From Candidatus Omnitrophota bacterium (lineage in GTDB: Bacteria; Omnitrophota; Gorgyraeia; Tantalellales; Tantalellaceae), in contig JADGBR010000002.1 in assembly GCA_015231405.1 (NCBI GenBank), forward strand, positions 133,547-197,546: a stretch of DNA of 64,000 bases, in the 5' to 3' direction. Positions 37,565 through 46,315 of the stretch are shown in pieces. Within the stretch, counting starts at the first letter, position 1. Each line of letters opens with the position of its first letter. The notes beneath the pieces are model-generated. The model saw only the letters and a program-made list of their open reading frames with translations. It had not been told where the DNA came from and made no database searches. Position numbers and translations under genes: made by a program.

Positions 37565-38134
37565 CTATCCTTCCACGATCCTGGTCCCGATATCTGCGGC
37601 TCTTCTCAAAAAAACATCCCCTACCCTGGACACATCACCTTTATCTCTCAATCCCGGGACAAAAAGCTCCTCAAAAAGGACCGCCCCGATGGTCGTGAAG
37701 AAATTCCGCATGACACGGCCGGAATCCTTGAAACATTGCTCCCTGCCGGCGTCCGAAACCGCTATGAACACTCCCTTCTTAGGTGTAACTTCCATTCGAG
37801 AGCCTGTTAAGAACCTTTGGCGCCACAGGCACTGGAACCTGTCAACCATCATCTTGGTCTGGGCGCTAACGCTCCCAAAAAAAACAGGGGAAGCTACTAC
37901 CACGACGCCAGAACCCATGACTTTTTCATATACCAGGCTCATCCCGTCGTCTATTAGACAATACCCTTCATCCTGAGGCTTCTCGCATTCCTGGCAAGGC
38001 TCAAAGACAAGCTCGTTAAGGACCAGTTTTTCAATTTTGGCTCCCCCGGCTTTGGCCCCTTTAAGTGCCTCGTCAAGCAAAGTCTCCGAGTTCCCGCCTC
38101 TTCTTGGGCTGCCGCTTATTCCTATTACGTTCAT
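37565..38134 (-). CDS. Flavodoxin-fold iron-sulfur flavoprotein / NADPH-dependent FMN reductase family
   Basis: SGSPRRGGNS, CQEC..C, ASPVFFGSV. Confidence 0.88.
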   Translation of the reverse strand: MNVIGISGSPRRGGNSETLLDEALKGAKAGGAKIEKLVLNELVFEPCQECEKPQDEGYCLIDDGMSLVYEKVMGSGVVVVASPVFFGSVSAQTKMMVDRFQCLWRQRFLTGSRMEVTPKKGVFIAVSDAGREQCFKDSGRVMRNFFTTIGAVLFEELFVPGLRDKGDVSRVGDVFLRRAADIGTRIVEG

Positions 38135-38176
38135 GACGTATTATACAATGAAAATGGGTATAGGGGGGATTATTTT

Positions 38177-38253
38177 GCGTGGTTCGTGATTCGTGGATCG
38201 TGGTTCGTAAAAATGTGTCATCAACTTAAACGAATCACGATCCAGGAACCACT
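38177..38253. repeat. Inverted 7-bp tandem repeats (CGTGRTT)n / (AAYCACG)n
   Basis: cgtggtt cgtgatt cgtggat cgtggtt ... acgaatc acgatcc aggaacc. Confidence 0.85.
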
Positions 38254-38272
38254 GACTATTCTATGCCTGCGA

Positions 38273-39547
38273 TTAAATGACCGTCCCGGAGGGAATGATG
38301 GTGTTCTTGCTGATAATAACGATCCCGTCCCTTATAAAATAGTTCGGGCCGTCGAAATGGTCGGCTTTCTGGGTATTTACGATTCTTACGTCGTCGCCTA
38401 TCCGCACGTTCTTATCGATGATGGCTTTCTCTATATGGCAGTTCCTGCCGATACCGATGAGAGGCAGGCCCTGCCTGTGATCTTCAGAGATCTGCTCAGC
38501 TGTCTCGTAATAATCCGTTCCCATGGCGATACTATCCCTAATAATTGTACCCTCCCCGACCCTTAGCCTTAATCCGATGATGGAGTGGGTTATCTCGGCG
38601 GCGTCCAATATACCGCCCTCAGCTACAATACTGCGTTCGATCTTGCAGCCGGAGAACTTCGCGGCCGGAAGGTATCTTGGCCGGGTAAATATCTGCCACG
38701 ACTCGTCGAAGAGATCCAGAGGCGGAACCGCGTCAGTAAGATGCAGGTTCTCGTTATAAAAAGTCTTTATGGTACCGATATCCCTCCAGTACCCGTCGAA
38801 CTGGTAAGCGAAGGTCCTGTGGGTCCTGATAGCCAGGGGGATTATTTCTCTGCCGAAATCTATCTTCGCGTTCTGTACCAGAAGCTCGTAGAGGACCGGC
38901 TTATTGAACATGTAAATACCCATAGACCCGAGGAAAAAGTCCTCTCCGTCCTTTTTAACGGCCATATTTTCTATCTCCGAAAGGACCTTGGGTTTTTCGT
39001 AAAAAGACGTTATTTCCCGTTTCTCGTTGACCGCCATGATCCCGAAACTGGACGCGTCCTCTTTTTTAACGTAATTGCAGGCCACCGTGACTTCGGCGTC
39101 GTTGGCGATATGGTCGCGTACCACGTCCCGGAGATTCATCGTATAAAGCTGGTCGCCGGAAAGGATGATAACGTACTTTATTCCCGGATCGTTGAAATGT
39201 TTGAGACAGCGTCTGACGGCATCGGCCGTACCCTGGAACCATTTGGTGTCGTCCATTGACTGTTCCGCGGCGATTATCTCGACGAAACCTTTAGTGAAGG
39301 ACTCAAGCTTATATGTCCTGGATATATGTTTATTGAGCGACTCCGAGTTGAACTGCGTAAGAACGTAGATCTTTCTGAGGTCCGAATTAAGGCAGTTACT
39401 TACGGGGATATCTATCAGCCGGTGCTTGCCAAAAAGTGGAACAGCGGGCTTACACCTTTCCTTTGTAAGCGGAAATAGACGAGTTCCCTGTCCTCCCCCC
39501 AGGATGACGCAAAGAACTTCCTTGACCGGATTAACAGCTATTCCCAC
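38273..39547 (-). CDS. glgC: Glucose-1-phosphate adenylyltransferase
   Basis: LGGGQGTRLFPLT..KPAVP, WFQGTADAV, LSGDQLY, YWRDIGT. Confidence 0.96.
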   Translation of the reverse strand: MGIAVNPVKEVLCVILGGGQGTRLFPLTKERCKPAVPLFGKHRLIDIPVSNCLNSDLRKIYVLTQFNSESLNKHISRTYKLESFTKGFVEIIAAEQSMDDTKWFQGTADAVRRCLKHFNDPGIKYVIILSGDQLYTMNLRDVVRDHIANDAEVTVACNYVKKEDASSFGIMAVNEKREITSFYEKPKVLSEIENMAVKKDGEDFFLGSMGIYMFNKPVLYELLVQNAKIDFGREIIPLAIRTHRTFAYQFDGYWRDIGTIKTFYNENLHLTDAVPPLDLFDESWQIFTRPRYLPAAKFSGCKIERSIVAEGGILDAAEITHSIIGLRLRVGEGTIIRDSIAMGTDYYETAEQISEDHRQGLPLIGIGRNCHIEKAIIDKNVRIGDDVRIVNTQKADHFDGPNYFIRDGIVIISKNTIIPSGTVI

Positions 39548-39610
39548 CTGATATTCAACCTTCCGGGATAAATAAGTCTTAAAAGTGTTATTACGGAGAT
39601 CCGATATATT

Positions 39611-39640
39611 CCGCGGGAGGAAAAGGCCCTTCCGCGGGGT
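39611..39640. terminator. GC hairpin between the DUF2934 gene and glgC
   Basis: CCGCGGGAGG-AAAAGGC-CCTTCCGCGG; no strong U-tract. Confidence 0.4.
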
Positions 39641-39654
39641 TAAAACGCCCGAAG

Positions 39655-39882
39655 TTAACCTTTGAACTTGTATTTCGACCTGAGCTCCAGCTCGGCGGAG
39701 TACCAGTTCCCCTGGTCGTTGCCGTTAGCATAACCGCTCTGGACATAAAGCTCATAAGCTCTTTTCGAAACGAGCGCGTAGAATTCGTCGGCGCACATCC
39801 CTGAGGATTTTTTCCCTCCAGTCCCTTCCGCGCTTGTCTCTGGTTTTTCAACCTTTTTTCTCGTTGTCTTCTTTTCTGCCAT
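39655..39882 (-). CDS. DUF2934 small protein
   Basis: VSKRAYELYVQSG...DQGNWYSAELEL; RBS AGGAGGAG. Confidence 0.85.
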   Translation of the reverse strand: MAEKKTTRKKVEKPETSAEGTGGKKSSGMCADEFYALVSKRAYELYVQSGYANGNDQGNWYSAELELRSKYKFKG

Positions 39883-39925
39883 ATTTATCACTCCTCCTGT
39901 GTATTTTTATAGTGTGATAAAAGAC

Positions 39926-41506
39926 TTAAACGTAGATCCTGTAATCGATGTCCTTGAAAAGGTTATAATGCGATTCCGCGCTCTCCAGCATCTTCACATC
40001 GATGTTGCCATTGTAAAGCTGATCGTTGAACGACATGAAATGGCTTATATGCTCGCTGGTCCGGTTAACCGCATAGCTTACGAAAGTCCCGGTCTTGATG
40101 ATGAACGCCCAGTCGCTAGCCTGGGCGAGAAGGAGTTCCCTAGCCATTTGGTTGAGGACCCTCCTTTCCATATCGGAAGGCTTTTCGTATTTCCTCGCGA
40201 CATGTGTCATCATCTCTGCCATTTTGTGGAGGTGCTTGTATATCCAATCGTTACAGCCGTCAAGCCATACCTCGCTGTAGCCTTTGTACCCCCAGCTGGA
40301 CATGCCAGGCTGAATGATAGGGTATTTGTCATATTTTTTGAGATACTCGCCGGGAGTTATCGTTTTCACTTTATCCTGGTCGAAATGCATCTTCCTAAAA
40401 AGGAACTCTATCCACTCAGGTCCCTCGAACCACCAGTGACCAAAGAGCTCGGCGTCGTAAGGGGAGACTATTATAGGCTCCCTGTCCATGACACCGCGGA
40501 GATGTTCTACCTGTTTTTCCCTGTTGTACATGAAATTCCCGGCATGAGATGCCGCCGCCTCAAGTGCCGATACCCTGTTATAAATGTCTTTGTGATCGTT
40601 CTCTCCGGTTATCCTGTTGTATTTGATCCCGGTATTGATCCGGGTCCCGCAGTTGTTCACAAAGGGTTTGATATAGTCGTAATCCAGATCGAAGCCGATA
40701 TCCCTGTAATACTCCCTGTACCGATGATCCCCGGGATAGCCCTCTTTGGAGCTCCATACCGATTTCGAACTTTCAAGGTCGCGTCCGAACACCGCCGTCC
40801 CAGAAGACGTGAGATACGGGCTGTAAACGCCGTACCTGGGCCTCGGCTCGCCAAAAAGTATACCATGCGTCTCGACAAAGAAATACTTTATCCCGAACTC
40901 GGCGAGTATAGCATCGTGGCCGGGATGGTATCCGCATTCCGGAAGCCATATCCCGATAGGACCCTTACCGAAAACCTCTTTGTAAGTGTTAACCGCCACT
41001 TCAACCTGCGCCCTTACGGCCGGTCTGTAAAGGTCCATTAACGGTAAATAGCCGTGGGTCGCGCAGCAGGTTATGACCTCGACCTTGCCCATATCCTGGA
41101 ATTTCTTAAAAGCTGTAAGGATATTATTATTGTACTTATCGGCGAAAACCCTTTTTGTTTCGGTGAATCTCTTATTGTACATATGGGCTAGCTTATTCAA
41201 ACGCTCGTCGTAACCTGTCCGCTGTATCTCAAGCTCAGTCAGTTGGATAAGCTTGTCCAAGTGCCTGTGGTACCTTGAGATAAGAAGGTCGTCGCGGAGC
41301 ATAGAGATGAGCGTCGGGGAGAGAGATACCGTGATATGAAAATCTACGTTATCATCGATCAGGCTATCGAACACGTTTATAAGCGGAACATATGTATCCG
41401 TGATAGCTTCGAAAAACCAGTTCTCTTCCAGGAAACTGTCATGTTCGGGATGCCTTATAAAAGGCAGATGCGCGTGCAATACTAAAGCTAAATAACCTTG
41501 TGCCAT
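39926..41506 (-). CDS. GH57 1,4-alpha-glucan branching enzyme (DUF1957)
   Basis: LVLHAHLPF, GIWLPECGY, PYDAELFGHWWFEG, LLAQASDW. Confidence 0.93.
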   Translation of the reverse strand: MAQGYLALVLHAHLPFIRHPEHDSFLEENWFFEAITDTYVPLINVFDSLIDDNVDFHITVSLSPTLISMLRDDLLISRYHRHLDKLIQLTELEIQRTGYDERLNKLAHMYNKRFTETKRVFADKYNNNILTAFKKFQDMGKVEVITCCATHGYLPLMDLYRPAVRAQVEVAVNTYKEVFGKGPIGIWLPECGYHPGHDAILAEFGIKYFFVETHGILFGEPRPRYGVYSPYLTSSGTAVFGRDLESSKSVWSSKEGYPGDHRYREYYRDIGFDLDYDYIKPFVNNCGTRINTGIKYNRITGENDHKDIYNRVSALEAAASHAGNFMYNREKQVEHLRGVMDREPIIVSPYDAELFGHWWFEGPEWIEFLFRKMHFDQDKVKTITPGEYLKKYDKYPIIQPGMSSWGYKGYSEVWLDGCNDWIYKHLHKMAEMMTHVARKYEKPSDMERRVLNQMARELLLAQASDWAFIIKTGTFVSYAVNRTSEHISHFMSFNDQLYNGNIDVKMLESAESHYNLFKDIDYRIYV

Positions 41507-41513
41507 AAAATTT

Positions 41514-42158
41514 TTATTTTTTGTGATGCGAGAAGAGGCTCGCTGAACCGAACATACCCGAAATAATGCCTCCCGAGGACAACCATTCTTTCAGGCGGCG
41601 CGTGATCATCTCTTTCAGGCTCATGGAGCTGGTCCCAACCCCGTAGCCGCCCGACATAGCGAACATCTTATAGTAGAGATCCTCGGAACACATCCATTTA
41701 TCATCAAAAACATCGGACATGCCGTAACTGGGGGCGCTAACTACGTTAGACCTGATCAGGGGAAAAAACTCACCGTTAGTACATTTAATACCTATCTCGA
41801 CCATCCATTTCCGGCCGGGTTTGTGGGTATGTATATACCATTTGTCTATGAAGTCCCTAAGCTCAAAATCGAAAACTATTTTGTCCTGAAGCTCATCCAG
41901 GCTGTCTGTCACGTCGTATACCCTAAGAATGCTTGATGCTATCTGAAGCCCTTTTTTGCTGATCTCATGTACGGTTTTGTCTTCAATTTCTTTCTTTACT
42001 TCCCAATAAGAAAATATCGTCCAGGGATCTCTGACCATCAGGACGATCTTGTGATCATTATAACTGGCCGGTATCTTGAAATCGCCATAGAATTTAATGG
42101 CTTGTTTGTTCCCCGGCTTGGAATCGCTGCTGTATGAGTCAAAACTTGATTCTGCCAT
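41514..42158 (-). CDS. DUF4912 protein
   Basis: LMVRDPWTIFSYWE, LRVYDVT, RSNVV; start uncertain (42158 or 42197). Confidence 0.88.
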   Translation of the reverse strand: MAESSFDSYSSDSKPGNKQAIKFYGDFKIPASYNDHKIVLMVRDPWTIFSYWEVKKEIEDKTVHEISKKGLQIASSILRVYDVTDSLDELQDKIVFDFELRDFIDKWYIHTHKPGRKWMVEIGIKCTNGEFFPLIRSNVVSAPSYGMSDVFDDKWMCSEDLYYKMFAMSGGYGVGTSSMSLKEMITRRLKEWLSSGGIISGMFGSASLFSHHKK

Positions 42159-42233
42159 ACTCTCTCTTGTCCTTGGCGAAAAAAATGCCCTTTTCAATTT
42201 TCAATAAAATGGGATTTGTAACCGACGTTGGCA

Positions 42234-42262
42234 ATTCTACGCCGAAAAATAAATAATGTCAA
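42234..42262 (-). promoter_or_regulatory. Near-consensus sigma70 promoter for DUF4912-GH57 branching enzyme
   Basis: TTGACA-17nt-TAGAAT with an AT-rich upstream tract (42263-42467). Confidence 0.75.
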
Positions 42263-42467
42263 GACAAATAATCATCAGAAGAAATATTTAAAAATTTTCC
42301 GGCAACACATCGGCCACAATTGAATATTTAAAGCTTTTCACCTTCTTTATAAAAGAATATTTTGGGTTTTTCTTATTTTTAAAGATTGCATTATGTGAAA
42401 TCCAGCACAAATTTTATTATTTATTATTATGTGTTTAATATTATTGTGCTTTAAGGCACATATCTTC

Positions 42468-44597
42468 TTATTGAATTTTTAGATCTATCGTTACTTTTTT
42501 CTCCTCACCGGCTTTCAATTTTAACATCCAAAAAGGCATTATCATCGATCCCTGGTAATTCCGTTCATATGATACCTCCGACTGGGATACCGTCTCTACG
42601 GGAAAATGCCAGATAGAACAAATGGTTGAAAAACCCAGTTCCACTGAACATTTCTTTTCGTTATCGATGATCCTTAAGTCCTTCACCTTGTCTATCGCCA
42701 GTTTTTCTTTTAAGCCGACTTGATTTCCTTTCGAACTAAGCGATAGAACATACTGGGAAGAATCCGCATTAGGCATTGAAATATTCATTTCGATCCCAAA
42801 ATTAGCTTCAAGCTGTTTTTGACCCTTGTTCTTTATGCTGTATTCTACGGAGAATTCAGCCCCTGTCCTGGGAAAAGTTATCTTCTTAGTTATGGAAACT
42901 GCAGTACCTTTCACCTCCGATACCCTCGCCATCGAAACCGCGACCGACTTAGCGGATTTTTTCAGGGTCATGGTATATACTCCCCCAGCGAAACCTCCGA
43001 GTTCACTATAGTTGTTTCGCGAAAAATCCTCTAACCCTAGGGACTCGTCGAAAAATCTGTCTATCAATGAATGCCTGAGGTTGGTGTCATAGATCAAATA
43101 GTTCTTTATACCAGCGTCAGCCACCTGTATGGCGTCATGGATTGTCTTACACTCCCCGTGTTCCTTTTTCTCTTTTTCCTCTATCTTTCTGAGTATGGTA
43201 CGGTGATAAGCTTCCTTGCGCCTCGTCAGCCCGTTCATCAGGTTCTGGCATACCTCCCCTTTAACGTCTATTTCCTTAATGACCCCGCCCTCCGCCGGGT
43301 CAACGCAAATAGACATCTCCCTATTCTCGATGACGGCCTCGTTGAGGCTATCCCCGTCGAAATCGACCTCGGTCGCCTCAAGCATATCCTTACTCCCGTG
43401 GAGAACCTTATCCAGAAGGGTCTCGGCCTTGATAATGTGATGGTATAATGCCCTCCGGAGATGAAAAAGGTATAATCCTCCGAATACGCCGTGCCAGTAC
43501 GCGCAATTGCATTGCCCCCTGTAGAGATCCCTTTCTGCCTCACGGAAACCGGCGTCCCCTGAATGCTTTCCCCGGGCAGCATCGATCTTGGCGCTGACAT
43601 AAAGCATTTTTTTGTTCATGTTGTTGGACTCGGGATATTTAGTCAAAAAATTCCGCCAGAATCCCCCTTTGAAATAAGGCTTATAATAATCCTCTTTGCC
43701 GGCGTTCCTGATCTCCTCATGTATGTTCTCAAATTCCTCCTGCGATGAAGCGGGAAGAGCCCATTCGAGCATTTCCTCGTATGAGCTCGTCCCGAGATAT
43801 ATCCTGCCTAAAGGCGCTTTTTCTTCAAGACACTCCGAAAACGTAGTGGTCCTGAGCCACGAACTGTTCTTTTGGAGTTCGTCGAAGAATTTCCTGAGCC
43901 AGCCGTCCTCATAAACCCATTTGTGGGTGCCGGGCCACTCCCCGAACTTCTCGCCGTCGTCCCCGTATATAAATGTAGGATTTTCGATATATCCGGAAAC
44001 ATGTTTTATATACTCTATGGCCTCATGGGGCAGCTTGAACGGAAGATGATATCTCAGGACCTTATCCGAAGGGAACACCGCCACGGTCTTCCCGTTATCC
44101 TCGGTTATGTAGTGACCGTATGTCCGGTCTTTTTTGACGCCGCTGTAAAGAAAATGGGTGTCGTCGAGTATGACGTATTTTATGCCGGCGTCTAAAAGCG
44201 TAGACGGAAGTCCGGGTTCCCACACCCTTTCGGCTATCCACGCTCCCTTAGGGTCGCTTCCGAAACGCTTGTTCAGATACTCTTTCAGCATTTTTATCTG
44301 TGCGACCCTGTCGCGCTCGGGAATGGAAGGCAATATGGGCTCATAAAAACCGCCGGCTATCATTTCTATCTGGCCTCTGTCGACCATATTCTTTATTATG
44401 ATGAGTATCTCCGGCCTTTTGGCCTCCAGCCATTCCAGGAGGCACCCCGTAAGGTGAAAACTCATCCTGATGTCGGGATATTCGTTCAAAAGGCTTATGA
44501 AAGGCAGATAGCACCTGTCGCATATCCCCTCAATAACATGGTCGAAATTGCCCACCGGCTGGTGGAAATGTATTGCCATTAATAAGTCTGCTTTCAT
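42468..44597 (-). CDS. GH57 4-alpha-glucanotransferase/alpha-amylase (DUF1925/1926)
   Basis: HFHQPVGNF, AWIAERVWEP, GDDGEKFG, QCNCAYWHGVFGG. Confidence 0.93.
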   Translation of the reverse strand: MKADLLMAIHFHQPVGNFDHVIEGICDRCYLPFISLLNEYPDIRMSFHLTGCLLEWLEAKRPEILIIIKNMVDRGQIEMIAGGFYEPILPSIPERDRVAQIKMLKEYLNKRFGSDPKGAWIAERVWEPGLPSTLLDAGIKYVILDDTHFLYSGVKKDRTYGHYITEDNGKTVAVFPSDKVLRYHLPFKLPHEAIEYIKHVSGYIENPTFIYGDDGEKFGEWPGTHKWVYEDGWLRKFFDELQKNSSWLRTTTFSECLEEKAPLGRIYLGTSSYEEMLEWALPASSQEEFENIHEEIRNAGKEDYYKPYFKGGFWRNFLTKYPESNNMNKKMLYVSAKIDAARGKHSGDAGFREAERDLYRGQCNCAYWHGVFGGLYLFHLRRALYHHIIKAETLLDKVLHGSKDMLEATEVDFDGDSLNEAVIENREMSICVDPAEGGVIKEIDVKGEVCQNLMNGLTRRKEAYHRTILRKIEEKEKKEHGECKTIHDAIQVADAGIKNYLIYDTNLRHSLIDRFFDESLGLEDFSRNNYSELGGFAGGVYTMTLKKSAKSVAVSMARVSEVKGTAVSITKKITFPRTGAEFSVEYSIKNKGQKQLEANFGIEMNISMPNADSSQYVLSLSSKGNQVGLKEKLAIDKVKDLRIIDNEKKCSVELGFSTICSIWHFPVETVSQSEVSYERNYQGSMIMPFWMLKLKAGEEKKVTIDLKIQ

Positions 44598-44639
44598 GTC
44601 GCCTCCTGTTATTGCGTATGAGCTCTTAAATATACATGT

Positions 44640-44761
44640 AGTGATGGGTGACATTACCAAGTGGGGTAACGATCAGTGACGGGTGATGGGTTAATGTATC
44701 CTAGCCCACATTAACTCATCAATCATCACCCATCACTCATCGCTAGTCGTCACCCATCACT
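44640..44761. repeat. Inverted 7-bp repeats (GTGATGG)n / (CCATCAC)n
   Basis: gtgatgggtg..gtgacgggtgatgggttaatg..cattaactcatcaatcatcacccatcactc..cacccatcac; related copy at 51638. Confidence 0.8.
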
Positions 44762-44784
44762 AAAAGTTATCCCTGCGCACAATG

Positions 44785-46218
44785 TCACTTATTCAAAATA
44801 CTCCTATACACCTCAACATACTCCCTAGCCGAACGATCCCACGAAAAATCACACGCCATTGCACGCTTCATAAGCCCACGCCATGCCCCGTCGCCATGAT
44901 ATTTATGAACGGCCCGGGTTATCGCGGACAGAAAGTCGGCGGCCGTAAAAAGTCCGAATTTGAACCCGTTGCCATTCTCCCCTTCGTCATCCGCGTCAAT
45001 TATGACGTCGTCGAGACCGCCGGTCGCGTGAACGACTGGTATTGTGCCGTATTTAAGACTATATATCTGGTTGAGGCCGCAAGGCTCGAACATCGACGGC
45101 ATCAGAAAGATATCCGACCCAGCCTCTATTCTGTGCGCCAGCGACTCGTTAAATTCATTAAATAACTTCACCCTTCCCGGATACCTCGCCTCGGCGGCCT
45201 TAAATGCGGCGGCGTACCTGATATCCCCTTCTCCCAGGATAACGACCCCCGCGCCGAGTTTAATGATACCGTCCAGCGCTTCGGCAAGCTTGTCCACTCC
45301 CTTCTGGATGACCAGCCTCCCGATAAAACCCAGGAGCGGCTTATCCGTTCCCGTGACGAGCCCGGTGTGACAAAGGATCTCTTTCTTGCATTCCGTTTTT
45401 TTCTCGAGCGTTGAGGAGCAGTAATTAGTTCCGATGAGATTGTCTGTCGCCGGGTCCCATTTACCGTAATCCGCGCCGTTCAGTATCCCGGAAAAAGAAT
45501 CACCTCTCTTGGCGATAAATGTTTCCAAACCGCATCCGAGCTCCGAGGTCTTTATTTCCTCGGCGTATTTTTTGCTCACGGTATTGACGGCGTCGGCGTA
45601 AAGGATCCCCGCCTTCATGAAATTCATTTTACCGTAAGCTTCCACCTTAACACCCAGGATCTTCGAGAATATCCTTGAGCACGAGCCCTGATACGCCGCG
45701 TTGTGTATGGTGAACAGGGTCCCGGGTCTTTTCCTAAGACGCGCGTTCCTTAAGTAGTACGGGATGATAGCGGTATGCCAATCGTTCGAGTGGATGATAT
45801 CAGGATCAAGCGCGGCACTCTCCTGGAACGCGGTCACGGCCTTTGAAAAAAAACCGAACCGTAAAGCGTTATCGGGGTAACCCCATGAAGGCTGACCATA
45901 GATCCCGCGTCGGCCAAAATACCAGCTGTTCTCGATAAAATAGACTTTCAGGGAGCCAAAGGCCGTCATGTGAACATTGAACCGGGACGTCCACCCCGTT
46001 AATGGATGATACACGCGCAAAACGGCGGGCCGTATATCATGCCCGGCGTCCCTCACGGACCTGTAATAAGGTATAACAACGCTGACGTCGTGGCCGAGCT
46101 CCGCGAGCGCCTTCGGAAGGCTTCCCCCGACGTCGCCCAGGCCTCCGGTCTTCGCGAAAGGCGCCGCCTCGGCGGAGGCGAACAATATCTTTAACGGTTT
46201 ATTTTTATTTGATATCAT
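44785..46218 (-). CDS. glgA: Glycogen synthase
   Basis: PFAKTGGLGDV, HSNDWHTA, PSMFEPCGL, TGGL; start at 46218. Confidence 0.95.
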   Translation of the reverse strand: MISNKNKPLKILFASAEAAPFAKTGGLGDVGGSLPKALAELGHDVSVVIPYYRSVRDAGHDIRPAVLRVYHPLTGWTSRFNVHMTAFGSLKVYFIENSWYFGRRGIYGQPSWGYPDNALRFGFFSKAVTAFQESAALDPDIIHSNDWHTAIIPYYLRNARLRKRPGTLFTIHNAAYQGSCSRIFSKILGVKVEAYGKMNFMKAGILYADAVNTVSKKYAEEIKTSELGCGLETFIAKRGDSFSGILNGADYGKWDPATDNLIGTNYCSSTLEKKTECKKEILCHTGLVTGTDKPLLGFIGRLVIQKGVDKLAEALDGIIKLGAGVVILGEGDIRYAAAFKAAEARYPGRVKLFNEFNESLAHRIEAGSDIFLMPSMFEPCGLNQIYSLKYGTIPVVHATGGLDDVIIDADDEGENGNGFKFGLFTAADFLSAITRAVHKYHGDGAWRGLMKRAMACDFSWDRSAREYVEVYRSILNK

Positions 46219-46227
46219 TTTCAATTT

Positions 46228-46308
46228 GGTGGTTCGTGGGTCGGTAGAAGTGGGGCGACAAAACCACCAAAACGAATCACGAATCACGAACCACGAATCA
46301 CGAACCAC
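46228..46308. repeat. 7-bp tandem repeats (ACGAAYC)x5 with a short inverted partner
   Basis: acgaatc acgaatc acgaacc acgaatc acgaacc. Confidence 0.88.
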
Positions 46309-46315
46309 TATAACA

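Noticed and set aside
46270-46308. Short tandem arrays as CRISPR
   Set aside because: 7-bp units with no unique spacers; no cas genes in the window.
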